A stretch of 64,000 bases of DNA from an uncultured Chryseobacterium sp. (lineage in GTDB: Bacteria; Bacteroidota; Bacteroidia; Flavobacteriales_F; PHOS-HE28), in the NCBI GenBank assembly GCA_964649165.1, contig CAZYPC010000003.1, forward strand, positions 11,430-75,429, in the 5' to 3' direction. The notes beneath the pieces were generated by a model, which was not told the origin of the DNA, did no database searches, and was given only the letters and a program-made list of their open reading frames with translations. A program made the translations under genes and the position numbers. Within the stretch, counting starts at the first letter, position 1. Every line of letters begins with the position of its first letter. Shown here piece by piece: positions 8,978-17,930 of this stretch.

Positions 8978-10750
8978 TCAGTGCCCCACAACCAAACGGG
9001 CAGTGCGCGCGGTGTCAGGACCTGAGATGCGGATCAGGTACACCCCGCTAGGCCACGCGCTGATATCCAGCCGGGTGGTTCGGACACCTGTCGGCAGTCC
9101 GGTCGTCATCATACGCAGGCCCCTGCTGTCGTAAACGACCAGCGTCGAGGGTCCTTCGAGGAGTCTGCCGAAGCGGATCGTTGCACTCTCTGTCGCCGGG
9201 TTCGGGGACAGGACCAGTTCCTTGGCATATCCAGATTGGTCGCTCGAAAGGCCCGTCACCGGCTCGCTGAGGTGCAATCGAACGATCGGAGCAACGGTGG
9301 GATAGGAGATCAGGAAGCTCTGCGCGTCAATGACGAACGCAGCGCCTTCGGGAACGGAACCGCCGGAAGCCACCCGCAACACTCCGCTATCCGGCAGGCA
9401 GCGAACGAGCGCCAGCACGTCCTCTCCTGTAACGGCATAGGCGCTGTCCAAGGGGATGTAAACGGACCCTCCCGCAAAACTGAGCCCCAGGTCCTCATCG
9501 CTCACGGTGTGCGCGGCCGATGAGGACAGCAGGTTCAATGTGCCGTCCATCAATAGCGCGTGGACCCGGGAGCCGGGAGCCGTGCCTGCCCCGAACCGTA
9601 CGCTGATGCCGCGGACCACGCTCCCATCCCCGGTCAGCTCATAACGGCAGCCAGCCGAAAAACCGCTATCCGTGCCACAAACGGTGCTCGCCAGGTCGTT
9701 GTCCAAGGCCATGGCATTATTCCCCTCACCGGCAGACGTGACCCGGTAGCCCAACCCGGCGGAATTGTCCGAGGGTTCCTCATCCGCATTCAAGGCCTCG
9801 ACGGTCAGGGTCATCGTGATCAGACCCGGTTCGTCCACCATGAAGCCGGTAGTCCAACTGACCAAGGTGTCCTGTAGTGGTGCGAGCGTCTCCAACACGT
9901 TGGTGGTGATCGTCGTGGGGGGATCCACGCCCAAAGAGATGTCAGCATGTACCCGCACCGTTGAGGCCGTGGACGTGCCGTTGTTGCGGATGCGTGCTGA
10001 TAGCTGAAGCGGGGTCTGCTGCTCGAAGGGCATGCGTGTATAGCCGAGGGACCGCACGCTGGTGTTGAAGGAACTGGCCGTCGTGTTACCGAGCCAGGCC
10101 CCGGACAATGCGATGTCGTTCGGAACGCGGGCGAACACGCACACATCATCGATCGCGATACCCGATGCCCATTCATTGTTGTCGTCGTACCGGAAGCGCA
10201 GTTGCACCTGGCCGCCGGCGAAAGCCCCCAGATCCGCTGTGCGCTGCTGCCACGCGCCAAGCAACGCCGGGATCTCCTCGATCCAGGTCCAGGAGCTGCC
10301 GTCCGGGCTTGCCCACAGGGAAGCTTGACCGTTGAACGGCCGACCATCGTGATAGACCCGATAGGTGACGGCCGGGTCCGTTGCTGCGGTGAGGTCGAAG
10401 AAGGGAGAGAACAGCGAGAGGTCGTTCATGGCGCAATCGCATGGCGCCGCGTCGTCGTTGGCCATGGCGAACGTGTTGCCGACGGGCTCATCCGGCACGG
10501 GGAAATACCCCGCGGCGTTGGCTTGGCTCGCGTCACCGACCTGCCAGGGAGCGACGAACGCACCGGTGCCGTTCCCATCGACGTCCAACCGTTCTACTTC
10601 GGCCGGTAGCCCGACCCAACCGGATGGCAGACCGCCGGCGGGAAAGCTCTCGCTGTACAGACACAGCGCCCGTGATTGCGCCCGGCATTGCCACATGGCC
10701 ATCATCAGAAGGATGCTGAAGGTCAGTCGGCCCATAACAGGTGTGCGCAT
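8978..10750 (-). CDS. secreted MAM-like domain protein with T9SS CTD, paralog D
   Basis: Signal peptide MRTPVMGRLTFSILLMMAMWQCRAQ is internal to ORF 8978..10936, and the 62 codons upstream of it contain the terminator of paralog E. C-terminal ...GVYLIRISGPDTARTARLVVGH. Confidence 0.65.
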   Translation of the reverse strand: MRTPVMGRLTFSILLMMAMWQCRAQSRALCLYSESFPAGGLPSGWVGLPAEVERLDVDGNGTGAFVAPWQVGDASQANAAGYFPVPDEPVGNTFAMANDDAAPCDCAMNDLSLFSPFFDLTAATDPAVTYRVYHDGRPFNGQASLWASPDGSSWTWIEEIPALLGAWQQRTADLGAFAGGQVQLRFRYDDNNEWASGIAIDDVCVFARVPNDIALSGAWLGNTTASSFNTSVRSLGYTRMPFEQQTPLQLSARIRNNGTSTASTVRVHADISLGVDPPTTITTNVLETLAPLQDTLVSWTTGFMVDEPGLITMTLTVEALNADEEPSDNSAGLGYRVTSAGEGNNAMALDNDLASTVCGTDSGFSAGCRYELTGDGSVVRGISVRFGAGTAPGSRVHALLMDGTLNLLSSSAAHTVSDEDLGLSFAGGSVYIPLDSAYAVTGEDVLALVRCLPDSGVLRVASGGSVPEGAAFVIDAQSFLISYPTVAPIVRLHLSEPVTGLSSDQSGYAKELVLSPNPATESATIRFGRLLEGPSTLVVYDSRGLRMMTTGLPTGVRTTRLDISAWPSGVYLIRISGPDTARTARLVVGH

Positions 10751-10882
10751 GGATCTGTTCCCGTCCTCGAACGTAGGTGGCGCACTGATCCGTACCGGCG
10801 CGTTGACGTTCTGGAGCGAAGGGCCGCGAAAGTAGCCCAAGTCAGTACGTGGCCCCGTGCTTGAAGCGGACGCCAGGAAATG

Positions 10883-10908
10883 AAAAGGTCCCCTCGCGGA
10901 GACCTTTT
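10883..10908 (-). terminator. hairpin terminator of paralog E
   Basis: AAAAGGTC-ccctcgcgga-GACCTTTT hairpin with T-rich flanks, 25 nt downstream of the stop of gene 10933..12759. Confidence 0.5.
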
Positions 10909-10932
10909 CTGTCACGGTCGATCGTGGGCCCG

Positions 10933-12759
10933 TCACCGTCGCGCTTGGTGGACGAGTTTCACCGTTGACCGCACACCACTTGATCCAACCATCACCGTGT
11001 AGACCCCTGCTCCAAGATCCTCACCATCCACGGTGAAGCGTTGTTCTCCGGCAGGCAGGTGGCCGAGGTTCCCGTTCCGCACCAGACGACCCGCCGCATC
11101 GCGCATTTCCCAGCGAACCGCTCCTGCGCGTTCGTTCGTGAAGCTGACTGTCGCCTCGCTCTCGAATGGCGATGGCCATGCGCGCAGTCCCGCCCTCACG
11201 GGCTCCAATACTTCCACGCCTACATCGTTGGCGAGCCTCATGCGCACCATGGGTGTGGCGGTCGTGTAGTACCATGATCCGGAATCGAGCGGACGGACAA
11301 AGGAGAGTTGTGGCTCGCTGGTACCGCTCGTCCCGGTGAAGACGTTCCCGTAGTCGGTCTGCACGTAAACACAGGCCAGGTACATCCTTTCGTTATCCAG
11401 CGTTGTTGGTATGAGCAGGGGCAGGTGAATGAAGTGTGTACCTCCGTACGCGTTGATGTCCGACTCCGAAATGGTGTAGAGGTCGCTGCTGCCCACGTAG
11501 CTGTTCAGTCCTTCGTAGACCATCGCTGTGATCAAGGCGCCAGGTTCTGTTCCCGGGCCCACGGCCACATCCACGCCTTCCAAGGTGCGATCATATCCCT
11601 GCACCCAGAAGCGGTTGCCCAATTCATATCCCTCCCCACCGTTGTCGCGCGAATTATCGACCTGGCCTTCGTCGCGGGCAAAGGCCTCCTGGTCGATGCG
11701 GATGGTGAACTCCTTCACGTTGTCGCCCGGTTCGGCATCTTCCTGGTCCTGCAGGATGGTGAACACATAGTGATAGTCCCCCACCACGTCCGGCGGCTCG
11801 ATGCCTGCAAGCACTAGCGTATCCTGCGCTGTCGGGGCCAACGAGATGGCTGGACTGATGTGGGTGGTGGTAAAGCCATCAGGGCCGGTCACCTCCGCGC
11901 GGAGGCGCACATTGGTCTGTACCAGGCTACCGTTGTTCGCGATCACGGCCTGATAGCTCAACGGGCGTACTTCGCCTTGTGGGTAGCTCGTACAGGGTGT
12001 TCCATAGTATCCTGTGCCCGGAGCGTGTTCTTCACCGATGAGATCCACCATCGTCAGGTTGTCCTGTGGGACCGGCAGGAGCGAGACCTCATCCACCTGC
12101 CAGCTGTAGGTGTATCCTTCATCGCTGATCCATTCGAAACGGATGCGGATGTCGTCGGAGATGGGCGTCAGCGCCGAACTGATGTTCAGTAACACCGTTT
12201 GCGCGCTTGGGGCACCCGGCGTCATCTGGTTACCGGGCAGGTCCTGGTTCACCGGGTAGGTCATCCAGTGATCCCCGCCATCACCGCTCACGTGCACGAG
12301 CGTCTGATCATCGTTCAGTTGGCGGAAGCTCTGTTCGAACCGCAGCAACATATAGTGCGTGCTTCCGAAGCCCAGCAGTGGGGGCGATGTGATCGTTGTG
12401 TTCTCCGGTGATCCGGCTGTGCCGTGGGCGTCACTGTCGGCCTGGATCCAATGACCTCCCGGATAGCCGGAGGTGCCTTGGAGCGGTCCCGGAGTGTAGC
12501 CTTCATCATTGCCGGTGCTGGTGAGTTCCCAAGGAACATTCCCGACCGGTGTCTCTACCGTCCAGCCGTTCAGTCCGTTCTCGAAATTCTCCGTCATCAG
12601 CGTCAGTGCATCGGACCGGTCGCCCGCCCTGCCCGCAGGTCGGTCACCGGAGACGAGTGCCGGAGTCTTGTGGTTCAGGACAGGTGCTTGAGCTGTCCCC
12701 TGTTGTGCGGCGAGCCATAAAGGCATCGACAGCAGCGCGATGGTAGATGTGCTTCGCAT
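10933..12759 (-). CDS. secreted MAM-like domain protein with T9SS CTD, paralog E
   Basis: Signal peptide MRSTSTIALLSMPLWLAAQ. TENFENGLNGWTVETPVGNVPWELT MAM-like motif. C-terminal ...GVYTVMVGSSGVRSTVKLVHQARR CTD. Confidence 0.7.
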   Translation of the reverse strand: MRSTSTIALLSMPLWLAAQQGTAQAPVLNHKTPALVSGDRPAGRAGDRSDALTLMTENFENGLNGWTVETPVGNVPWELTSTGNDEGYTPGPLQGTSGYPGGHWIQADSDAHGTAGSPENTTITSPPLLGFGSTHYMLLRFEQSFRQLNDDQTLVHVSGDGGDHWMTYPVNQDLPGNQMTPGAPSAQTVLLNISSALTPISDDIRIRFEWISDEGYTYSWQVDEVSLLPVPQDNLTMVDLIGEEHAPGTGYYGTPCTSYPQGEVRPLSYQAVIANNGSLVQTNVRLRAEVTGPDGFTTTHISPAISLAPTAQDTLVLAGIEPPDVVGDYHYVFTILQDQEDAEPGDNVKEFTIRIDQEAFARDEGQVDNSRDNGGEGYELGNRFWVQGYDRTLEGVDVAVGPGTEPGALITAMVYEGLNSYVGSSDLYTISESDINAYGGTHFIHLPLLIPTTLDNERMYLACVYVQTDYGNVFTGTSGTSEPQLSFVRPLDSGSWYYTTATPMVRMRLANDVGVEVLEPVRAGLRAWPSPFESEATVSFTNERAGAVRWEMRDAAGRLVRNGNLGHLPAGEQRFTVDGEDLGAGVYTVMVGSSGVRSTVKLVHQARR

Positions 12760-12976
12760 GTGCGCGATGGAATTTGTTCGTTCCGGTGATCGGCCAGGGG
12801 TGGACCGGTCTTGTCGGAAGCGAACGTACCCGCGCTGGAAGCCCTGCTGTTAGTGGAATGTGACCGTTCGGGATGACGCGCGCGAATGGTTCGCGTGGAC
12901 ACATCAAGGACAAAGCTGGGGCCTTGAACTGTGAAGGAACGTGAAAGGTGAGGAGCGGTTGTACCAGTGGTCAGTT

Positions 12977-13018
12977 GGCAGTGGCGGTGAGCGGTGCGCG
13001 CTGCTCACCGCCACTGCC
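12977..13018. terminator. perfect 16-bp stem hairpin 3' of gcvP
   Basis: GGCAGTGGCGGTGAGC-loop-GCTCACCGCCACTGCC, followed by a CACTGCCACTGCCAACTGG direct repeat. No obvious U-tract. Confidence 0.4.
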
Positions 13019-13033
13019 ACTGCCAACTGGAGT

Positions 13034-15898
13034 TCACGCCTCCTGTGTCTCGTACTCCTCGATCGGCGGGCAGGTGCAGATCAGGTTGCGATCGCCGAAC
13101 GCGTTGTCCACACGGCTCACGGTGGGCCAGTACTTCCACTCACGGTTCACGTGCGCGGGGAAAGCCGCCTGCTCGCGCGTGTATGCGTGGTTCCATTCGT
13201 TGCCGCAGACCTCCTCGCTCGTGTGCGGTGCGTTCTTCAGCACGTTGTCCGCCTTGTCGGCCTGGCCTTTCTCCAAGGCGGCCACTTCCTTCCGGATGCC
13301 CACCATCGCCTCGATGAAGCGATCGAGCTCGGCTTTGCTCTCGCTCTCCGTCGGCTCCACCATCAGCGTTTCCGCAACAGGGAAGCTAACCGTTGGCGCG
13401 TGGAAACCGTAATCCATCAAGCGCTTCGCGATGTCGCTCACGTCCACCCCAGCAGCGCGTTTGAAGTCGCGGCAATCAAGGATCATTTCGTGTGCCACCA
13501 TGCCTTCGCTGCCGACGTAGAGGATGGGGTAGTGCTTCTCCAGTTTCGCACGGAGGTAGTTCGCGTTCAGGATCGCGTAGCGTGTGGAGTCGGTCAGTCC
13601 ATCACCACCGAGCATCTTGATGTAGCCGTAGCTGATCAGCAGGATCAGCGAGCTTCCCCATGGGGCCGCACTCACCGCAGGCACGGCTTTCTCGCCGCCG
13701 GTCCTGATCACGGGGTGGCCGGGCAGGAAGGGCTTCAGCTTGTCGTTCACACAGATCGGACCCATGCCGGGGCCGCCGCCGCCGTGCGGGATCGCGAAGG
13801 TCTTGTGCAGGTTCAGGTGGCACACGTCGGCGCCGATGTCGCCCGGACTGGTCAGGCCCACCTGTGCGTTCATGTTCGCGCCGTCCATGTACACCAGGCC
13901 ACCGTTCGCGTGAATGGTGCTGGTGATCTCCTTTATCGTCTCCTCGTACACGCCGTGCGTGCTCGGGTAGGTCACCATCAGGCAGCTCAGCGTGTCCTTG
14001 TATTGTTCGGCCTTCGCCTTGAGGTCCGCAACGTCCACGTGGCCTTCCTCATCGGCTTTCACCACCACGATGTTCATGCCCACCATGGCGGCGCTCGCAG
14101 GGTTGGTGCCGTGTGCGCTGCTCGGGATGAGCGCGACATTGCGCTTGCCATCGCCCCGCGCTTCGTGATAGGCACGGATCACCAGCAGCCCGGCGTATTC
14201 GCCCTGCGCGCCGCTGTTCGGTTGCAGGCTCACCGCGGTGAAGCCCGTGCACTTCGCGAGCGCATCGCTCAACTGGCGGAAGACCTCCTGGTAGCCCTCG
14301 GTCTGATCGACCGGCGCGAAGGGGTGGATGCCCGCCCATTCCGGCCAGGTCAATGGCAACAGTGTGCTGGCTGCGTTCAACTTCATCGTGCATGAGCCCA
14401 GTGGGATCATGCCGTGCATCAGGGAGAAATCCTTGTTCTCGAGCCGCTTGATGTAGCGCTGTAGTTCGAGTTCGGTGTGGTGTGTATTGAACACCGGATG
14501 CGTGAGGATGGCACTCTTGCGTTGCAGGTCCGCAGGGACGGCCAACGTGCTGCCATTGCCGCTCATCGCCGGGGCCTTTGCGCCGATCGCCTCGGCCAAG
14601 GTGGCCACCACGTCGTTCGCATCGCTTGCGCGCACGGTCTCGTCGAAGGCGATGCTCACGTTGCTTCCGTCGTAACGGAAATTGATGCTGCGCTTCTCCG
14701 CAGCGGCCTTCACCGCTTTCACATCCTTCACGCCGCTCAGCGTAATGGTGTCGAAGAAGCCCGCGTTCGCCACGGTGTACCCGATCGCTTTCGCTGCTTC
14801 GGCCACGTTGCGCGTGTGCGCATGCACGTTGCGCGCGATGCGTTCCAACCCTTCAGGTCCATGGTACACGGCGTACATGCCGGCCATCACGGCGAGCAGT
14901 GCTTGTGCCGTACAGATGTTGCTCGTGGCCTTGTCGCGGCGGATGTGCTGCTCGCGCGTTTGCAGCGCCATGCGCAGGCCCTGCTTGCCTCGACGGTCCT
15001 GGCTCACACCGATGATGCGGCCCGGGATCAGGCGCTTGAACTCGTCCGTCGTGCAGAAGAACGCGGCGTGCGGACCGCCATAGCCCATCGGCACGCCGAA
15101 GCGCTGACTATTGCCGACGCAGACATCCGCGCCCCACTCACCGGGGGGGGTGAGCAGAACGAGAGCGAGCAGGTCGGCACACACCGCCGTGCGAACACCC
15201 GCGGCTTTCGCCTTGCTGACCAACGCGCGATAGTCGTTCACGCTGCCGTCGATCGCCGGGTATTGCAGCGCGAGGCCGAAATAGCCATCGGTCGGATTGA
15301 AGTCCTTCACATCACCCACGACGAGTTTTACGCCGATCGGCGTGCAGCGCGTGCGGAGCACGTCGATGTTCTGAGGGAAGAGGCCTTTGTCGGCGAAGAA
15401 CTTGTGTGCGTTGGTGAGTTCCTTCGGACGCGCGGCATAGAGCATGTGCATCGCCTCGGCGATGGCCGTAGCCTCGTCGAGCAGAGATGCGTTCGCGATG
15501 GGCAGACCGGTAAGCTCGCTGCACATCGTCTGGAAGTTCAGCAATGCTTCGAGCCGGCCCTGAGAGATCTCCGCCTGATATGGCGTGTAGGCCGTGTACC
15601 AACCCGGGTTCTCGAACACGTTCCGTTGGATGGGCGGTGGAAGTATGGTGCCGCTGTAGCCCAGGCCGATGTAGCTGCGGAAGACCTTGTTCTTCGCGCC
15701 GAGCGCACGCATGTTGTCCAGGTGCTGACGCTCGGTCATCGCCGGCCCTACATCGAGCGCGTTCGCACGGCGGATGCCTTTGGGTACGGTGCGATCGATC
15801 AGTTCATCGAGGCTGCCCACGCCAACGGCTTTCAGCATGGCGCTCGTCTCAGCGTCGTTCGGTCCGATGTGGCGCTCGCGGTAGGTGACGGAGTTCAT
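13034..15898 (-). CDS. gcvP: glycine dehydrogenase (decarboxylating), glycine cleavage system P protein
   Basis: 954 aa. N-terminal MNSVTYRERHIGPNDAE... Two aminotransferase-like halves and a PLP-lysine region. Full-length collinear with single-chain GcvP. Confidence 0.95.
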   Translation of the reverse strand: MNSVTYRERHIGPNDAETSAMLKAVGVGSLDELIDRTVPKGIRRANALDVGPAMTERQHLDNMRALGAKNKVFRSYIGLGYSGTILPPPIQRNVFENPGWYTAYTPYQAEISQGRLEALLNFQTMCSELTGLPIANASLLDEATAIAEAMHMLYAARPKELTNAHKFFADKGLFPQNIDVLRTRCTPIGVKLVVGDVKDFNPTDGYFGLALQYPAIDGSVNDYRALVSKAKAAGVRTAVCADLLALVLLTPPGEWGADVCVGNSQRFGVPMGYGGPHAAFFCTTDEFKRLIPGRIIGVSQDRRGKQGLRMALQTREQHIRRDKATSNICTAQALLAVMAGMYAVYHGPEGLERIARNVHAHTRNVAEAAKAIGYTVANAGFFDTITLSGVKDVKAVKAAAEKRSINFRYDGSNVSIAFDETVRASDANDVVATLAEAIGAKAPAMSGNGSTLAVPADLQRKSAILTHPVFNTHHTELELQRYIKRLENKDFSLMHGMIPLGSCTMKLNAASTLLPLTWPEWAGIHPFAPVDQTEGYQEVFRQLSDALAKCTGFTAVSLQPNSGAQGEYAGLLVIRAYHEARGDGKRNVALIPSSAHGTNPASAAMVGMNIVVVKADEEGHVDVADLKAKAEQYKDTLSCLMVTYPSTHGVYEETIKEITSTIHANGGLVYMDGANMNAQVGLTSPGDIGADVCHLNLHKTFAIPHGGGGPGMGPICVNDKLKPFLPGHPVIRTGGEKAVPAVSAAPWGSSLILLISYGYIKMLGGDGLTDSTRYAILNANYLRAKLEKHYPILYVGSEGMVAHEMILDCRDFKRAAGVDVSDIAKRLMDYGFHAPTVSFPVAETLMVEPTESESKAELDRFIEAMVGIRKEVAALEKGQADKADNVLKNAPHTSEEVCGNEWNHAYTREQAAFPAHVNREWKYWPTVSRVDNAFGDRNLICTCPPIEEYETQEA

Positions 15899-15964
15899 GG
15901 AGGGGTCTTCAGGAAAGGGCGACGAAGATAGAAGGGGGGATGCCGCCGTCTATCTTGGCCCGCG

Positions 15965-16591
15965 ATGCGCCCGAGCCTCCTGCTCCTGTTCCTGCTCCTG
16001 CTGCTGCCGGCTTGGGCACAGGACCGGATCAACCTGATGAACGGACAGGTCCTGGAGGGCAGGGTCCTTGGCCAAAGCACCCTGGAGATCCGCTACCAGG
16101 TGAAAAAGAAGGACCGGCTCATCGAACGCAGCGAACCGACGGAGGGGGTCTTCAGTGTGACCGATAGTCTGGGAAAAGAGAAGGTGTGGTACTTCATGGA
16201 CACCGTCTTCGGCAACGACCTGTCGATCCCACAGATGAGGCGGTACCTGGTGGGTGAACGCGATGCGCGCAATGGCTACAAGCCCTGGGGACCGATGATC
16301 GGTGGCTTCCTCGTCGGTGCGGGCACGGTGATCGCCATGGACCTAGAAGTGAATTCGCTCATCATACCGCCGGCCTACGCGGGCCTGATGGCCTGGCCAC
16401 GTGTGAACGTTACGCGTGGCTCGATCAGTGATCCGGGCATGGAAGGCGATCCGTACTACGCGATGGGTTATTCCGCCGCCGGCCGTCCGAAGCGGGTGAT
16501 CAAGAGCTTGATCGCATCGGCGCTTGGCGTGGGTGTGGGGCTCTTCGTCCGGCAGGTCATCATCAATCCGAACCAGCCATCCGGTTACTGA
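15965..16591 (+). CDS. hypothetical exported protein
   Basis: ATG start. Leu-rich signal peptide MRPSLLLLFLLLLLPAWAQ. Genome-typical codon usage. Divergent from gcvP. Confidence 0.5.
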   Translation: MRPSLLLLFLLLLLPAWAQDRINLMNGQVLEGRVLGQSTLEIRYQVKKKDRLIERSEPTEGVFSVTDSLGKEKVWYFMDTVFGNDLSIPQMRRYLVGERDARNGYKPWGPMIGGFLVGAGTVIAMDLEVNSLIIPPAYAGLMAWPRVNVTRGSISDPGMEGDPYYAMGYSAAGRPKRVIKSLIASALGVGVGLFVRQVIINPNQPSGY

Positions 16592-16635
16592 GCCTCGCCG
16601 GCAGGTTCGCAGGGCATCCGTGGTAGCTTTTGGCC

Positions 16636-17508
16636 ATGAATGATCCGCACGCCATACGGAACCCCGTGATGCAATGGCTGGTGTACGGCCATGTGTGGCT
16701 GGCGCTGTGCGTGGCCGCGCAGGTGTGGTGGACGGGTCTTTTCATGGCCGAGGCACCCGAACTGTGGCGGTATAACCTCGCTGCCGCATCGGGTACGATC
16801 GCTGGCTACGGCTTCATGCGCTGGGTGCGATCGCGTGAGCCCAAGCTGCGGGCGTCAGCCCACCTTAGCTGGTTCAGCGAGCGGTACGCGCTGATGCTCG
16901 CCATCGCTGTGGTCTGCTGCATCGCAGCAGCGGTCCTCTGCTGGCCCCCCCGGTGGCCCGTCCATCGCTGGCTGCTGCCCGCCGGCGCGCTCGCGTTCCT
17001 GTACGTGTCACCGTTCACGGCGAAGGACGGCCTCACCATCGGCCTTCGTCGCGTTCCGGGACTGAAGCTCTTCGTCATCGCCATCGTGTGGGTGCTCGCC
17101 GTGGTGGCCGTGCCCATGGAATACGACCTCGCCGGACACTCGCCCATGAGCATCGTGCTCATGATGTGCATGCGTTTGCCTCTGTTCCTGGCTCTCATCA
17201 TCGCCTTCGACATCCGGGACATGCCTTTCGACCCGCCGGTGCTCCGCACGATACCACAGATCATGGGTGCGCGTGGAGCGAAGACCGTGGCGCTCTTGCT
17301 GCTCGTTTGCTCCGCACTCTTCGAACATGTGTTCCTGCGATCATTGGAACACACCACGAGCGCCTGGCTCATCCTGCCGGCCTATGCGCTTGCGGCCGTG
17401 CTCATCTTCCGGGCCGCCCCCGGCAGGGGACCGTTGTACTACGCGATATTGATGGACGGGATCCTGGTCCTCATCCCCGTGGCGGTGAGGATCGGCATGG
17501 GCTTCTGA
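16636..17508 (+). CDS. polytopic membrane protein, possibly UbiA-superfamily prenyltransferase-like
   Basis: 8-9 predicted TM helices. Asp-rich DIRDMPFD (DxxDxxxD) motif in a cytoplasmic loop. Internal ATG start (track ORF begins with TTG at 16630). Confidence 0.4.
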   Translation: MNDPHAIRNPVMQWLVYGHVWLALCVAAQVWWTGLFMAEAPELWRYNLAAASGTIAGYGFMRWVRSREPKLRASAHLSWFSERYALMLAIAVVCCIAAAVLCWPPRWPVHRWLLPAGALAFLYVSPFTAKDGLTIGLRRVPGLKLFVIAIVWVLAVVAVPMEYDLAGHSPMSIVLMMCMRLPLFLALIIAFDIRDMPFDPPVLRTIPQIMGARGAKTVALLLLVCSALFEHVFLRSLEHTTSAWLILPAYALAAVLIFRAAPGRGPLYYAILMDGILVLIPVAVRIGMGF

Positions 17509-17515
17509 TACGCCT

Positions 17516-17881
17516 TTATTTCCGCCAGCCGCGCAGCTGGGCGAGTTCCTCCGGGGTCCAACGCAGGTCCGCGAACGAGTGCATCAGCTCTTTGGTCACG
17601 TCCCGGCCACCGCTCAGGTTGGTGCCCAGTGCTCCGGGGGTATAGATCAATCCCCAAGGGAAACCCCACCAACCAAGAAAGAACGAGATCAGCGTGAACG
17701 GAAGGCTATGCTTCCAATGCGACCCATCGTGGCGGATGAAGTACACGTCCGAGGAACGCCGGAAAGTCATGACGACGATCGAGATCGTATAGTCGAACAT
17801 CCGGAACGCCCCCCCATTCATCACCTCTGCTTTGATCATCTCGGGTGATAGTCCCTCGATGCCCTTGATCTTCGAGCCCAT
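17516..17881 (-). CDS. small hypothetical membrane protein
   Basis: Internal ATG (MGSKIKGIEGLSPEMIK...) of ORF 17516..17995 that avoids overlap with hemL. Trp-rich hydrophobic segment FFLGWWGFPWGLIY. Confidence 0.4.
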   Translation of the reverse strand: MGSKIKGIEGLSPEMIKAEVMNGGAFRMFDYTISIVVMTFRRSSDVYFIRHDGSHWKHSLPFTLISFFLGWWGFPWGLIYTPGALGTNLSGGRDVTKELMHSFADLRWTPEELAQLRGWRK

Positions 17882-17930
17882 CGTTCCGTGAAGGGCCTGA
17901 CTGACCCGTGTCCACGAAGATGATCTTTTC

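Noticed and set aside
8978-10936. Full-length track ORF for paralog D with 62-codon N-terminal extension
   Set aside because: The extension contains a terminator hairpin (10883..10908) and no signal peptide. The internal ATG at 10750 gives a canonical signal peptide. The extension is therefore non-coding.
15899-15964. Glycine riboswitch upstream of gcvP
   Set aside because: The spacer is only 66 nt and lacks the conserved aptamer elements. It is too short for a single or tandem glycine aptamer.
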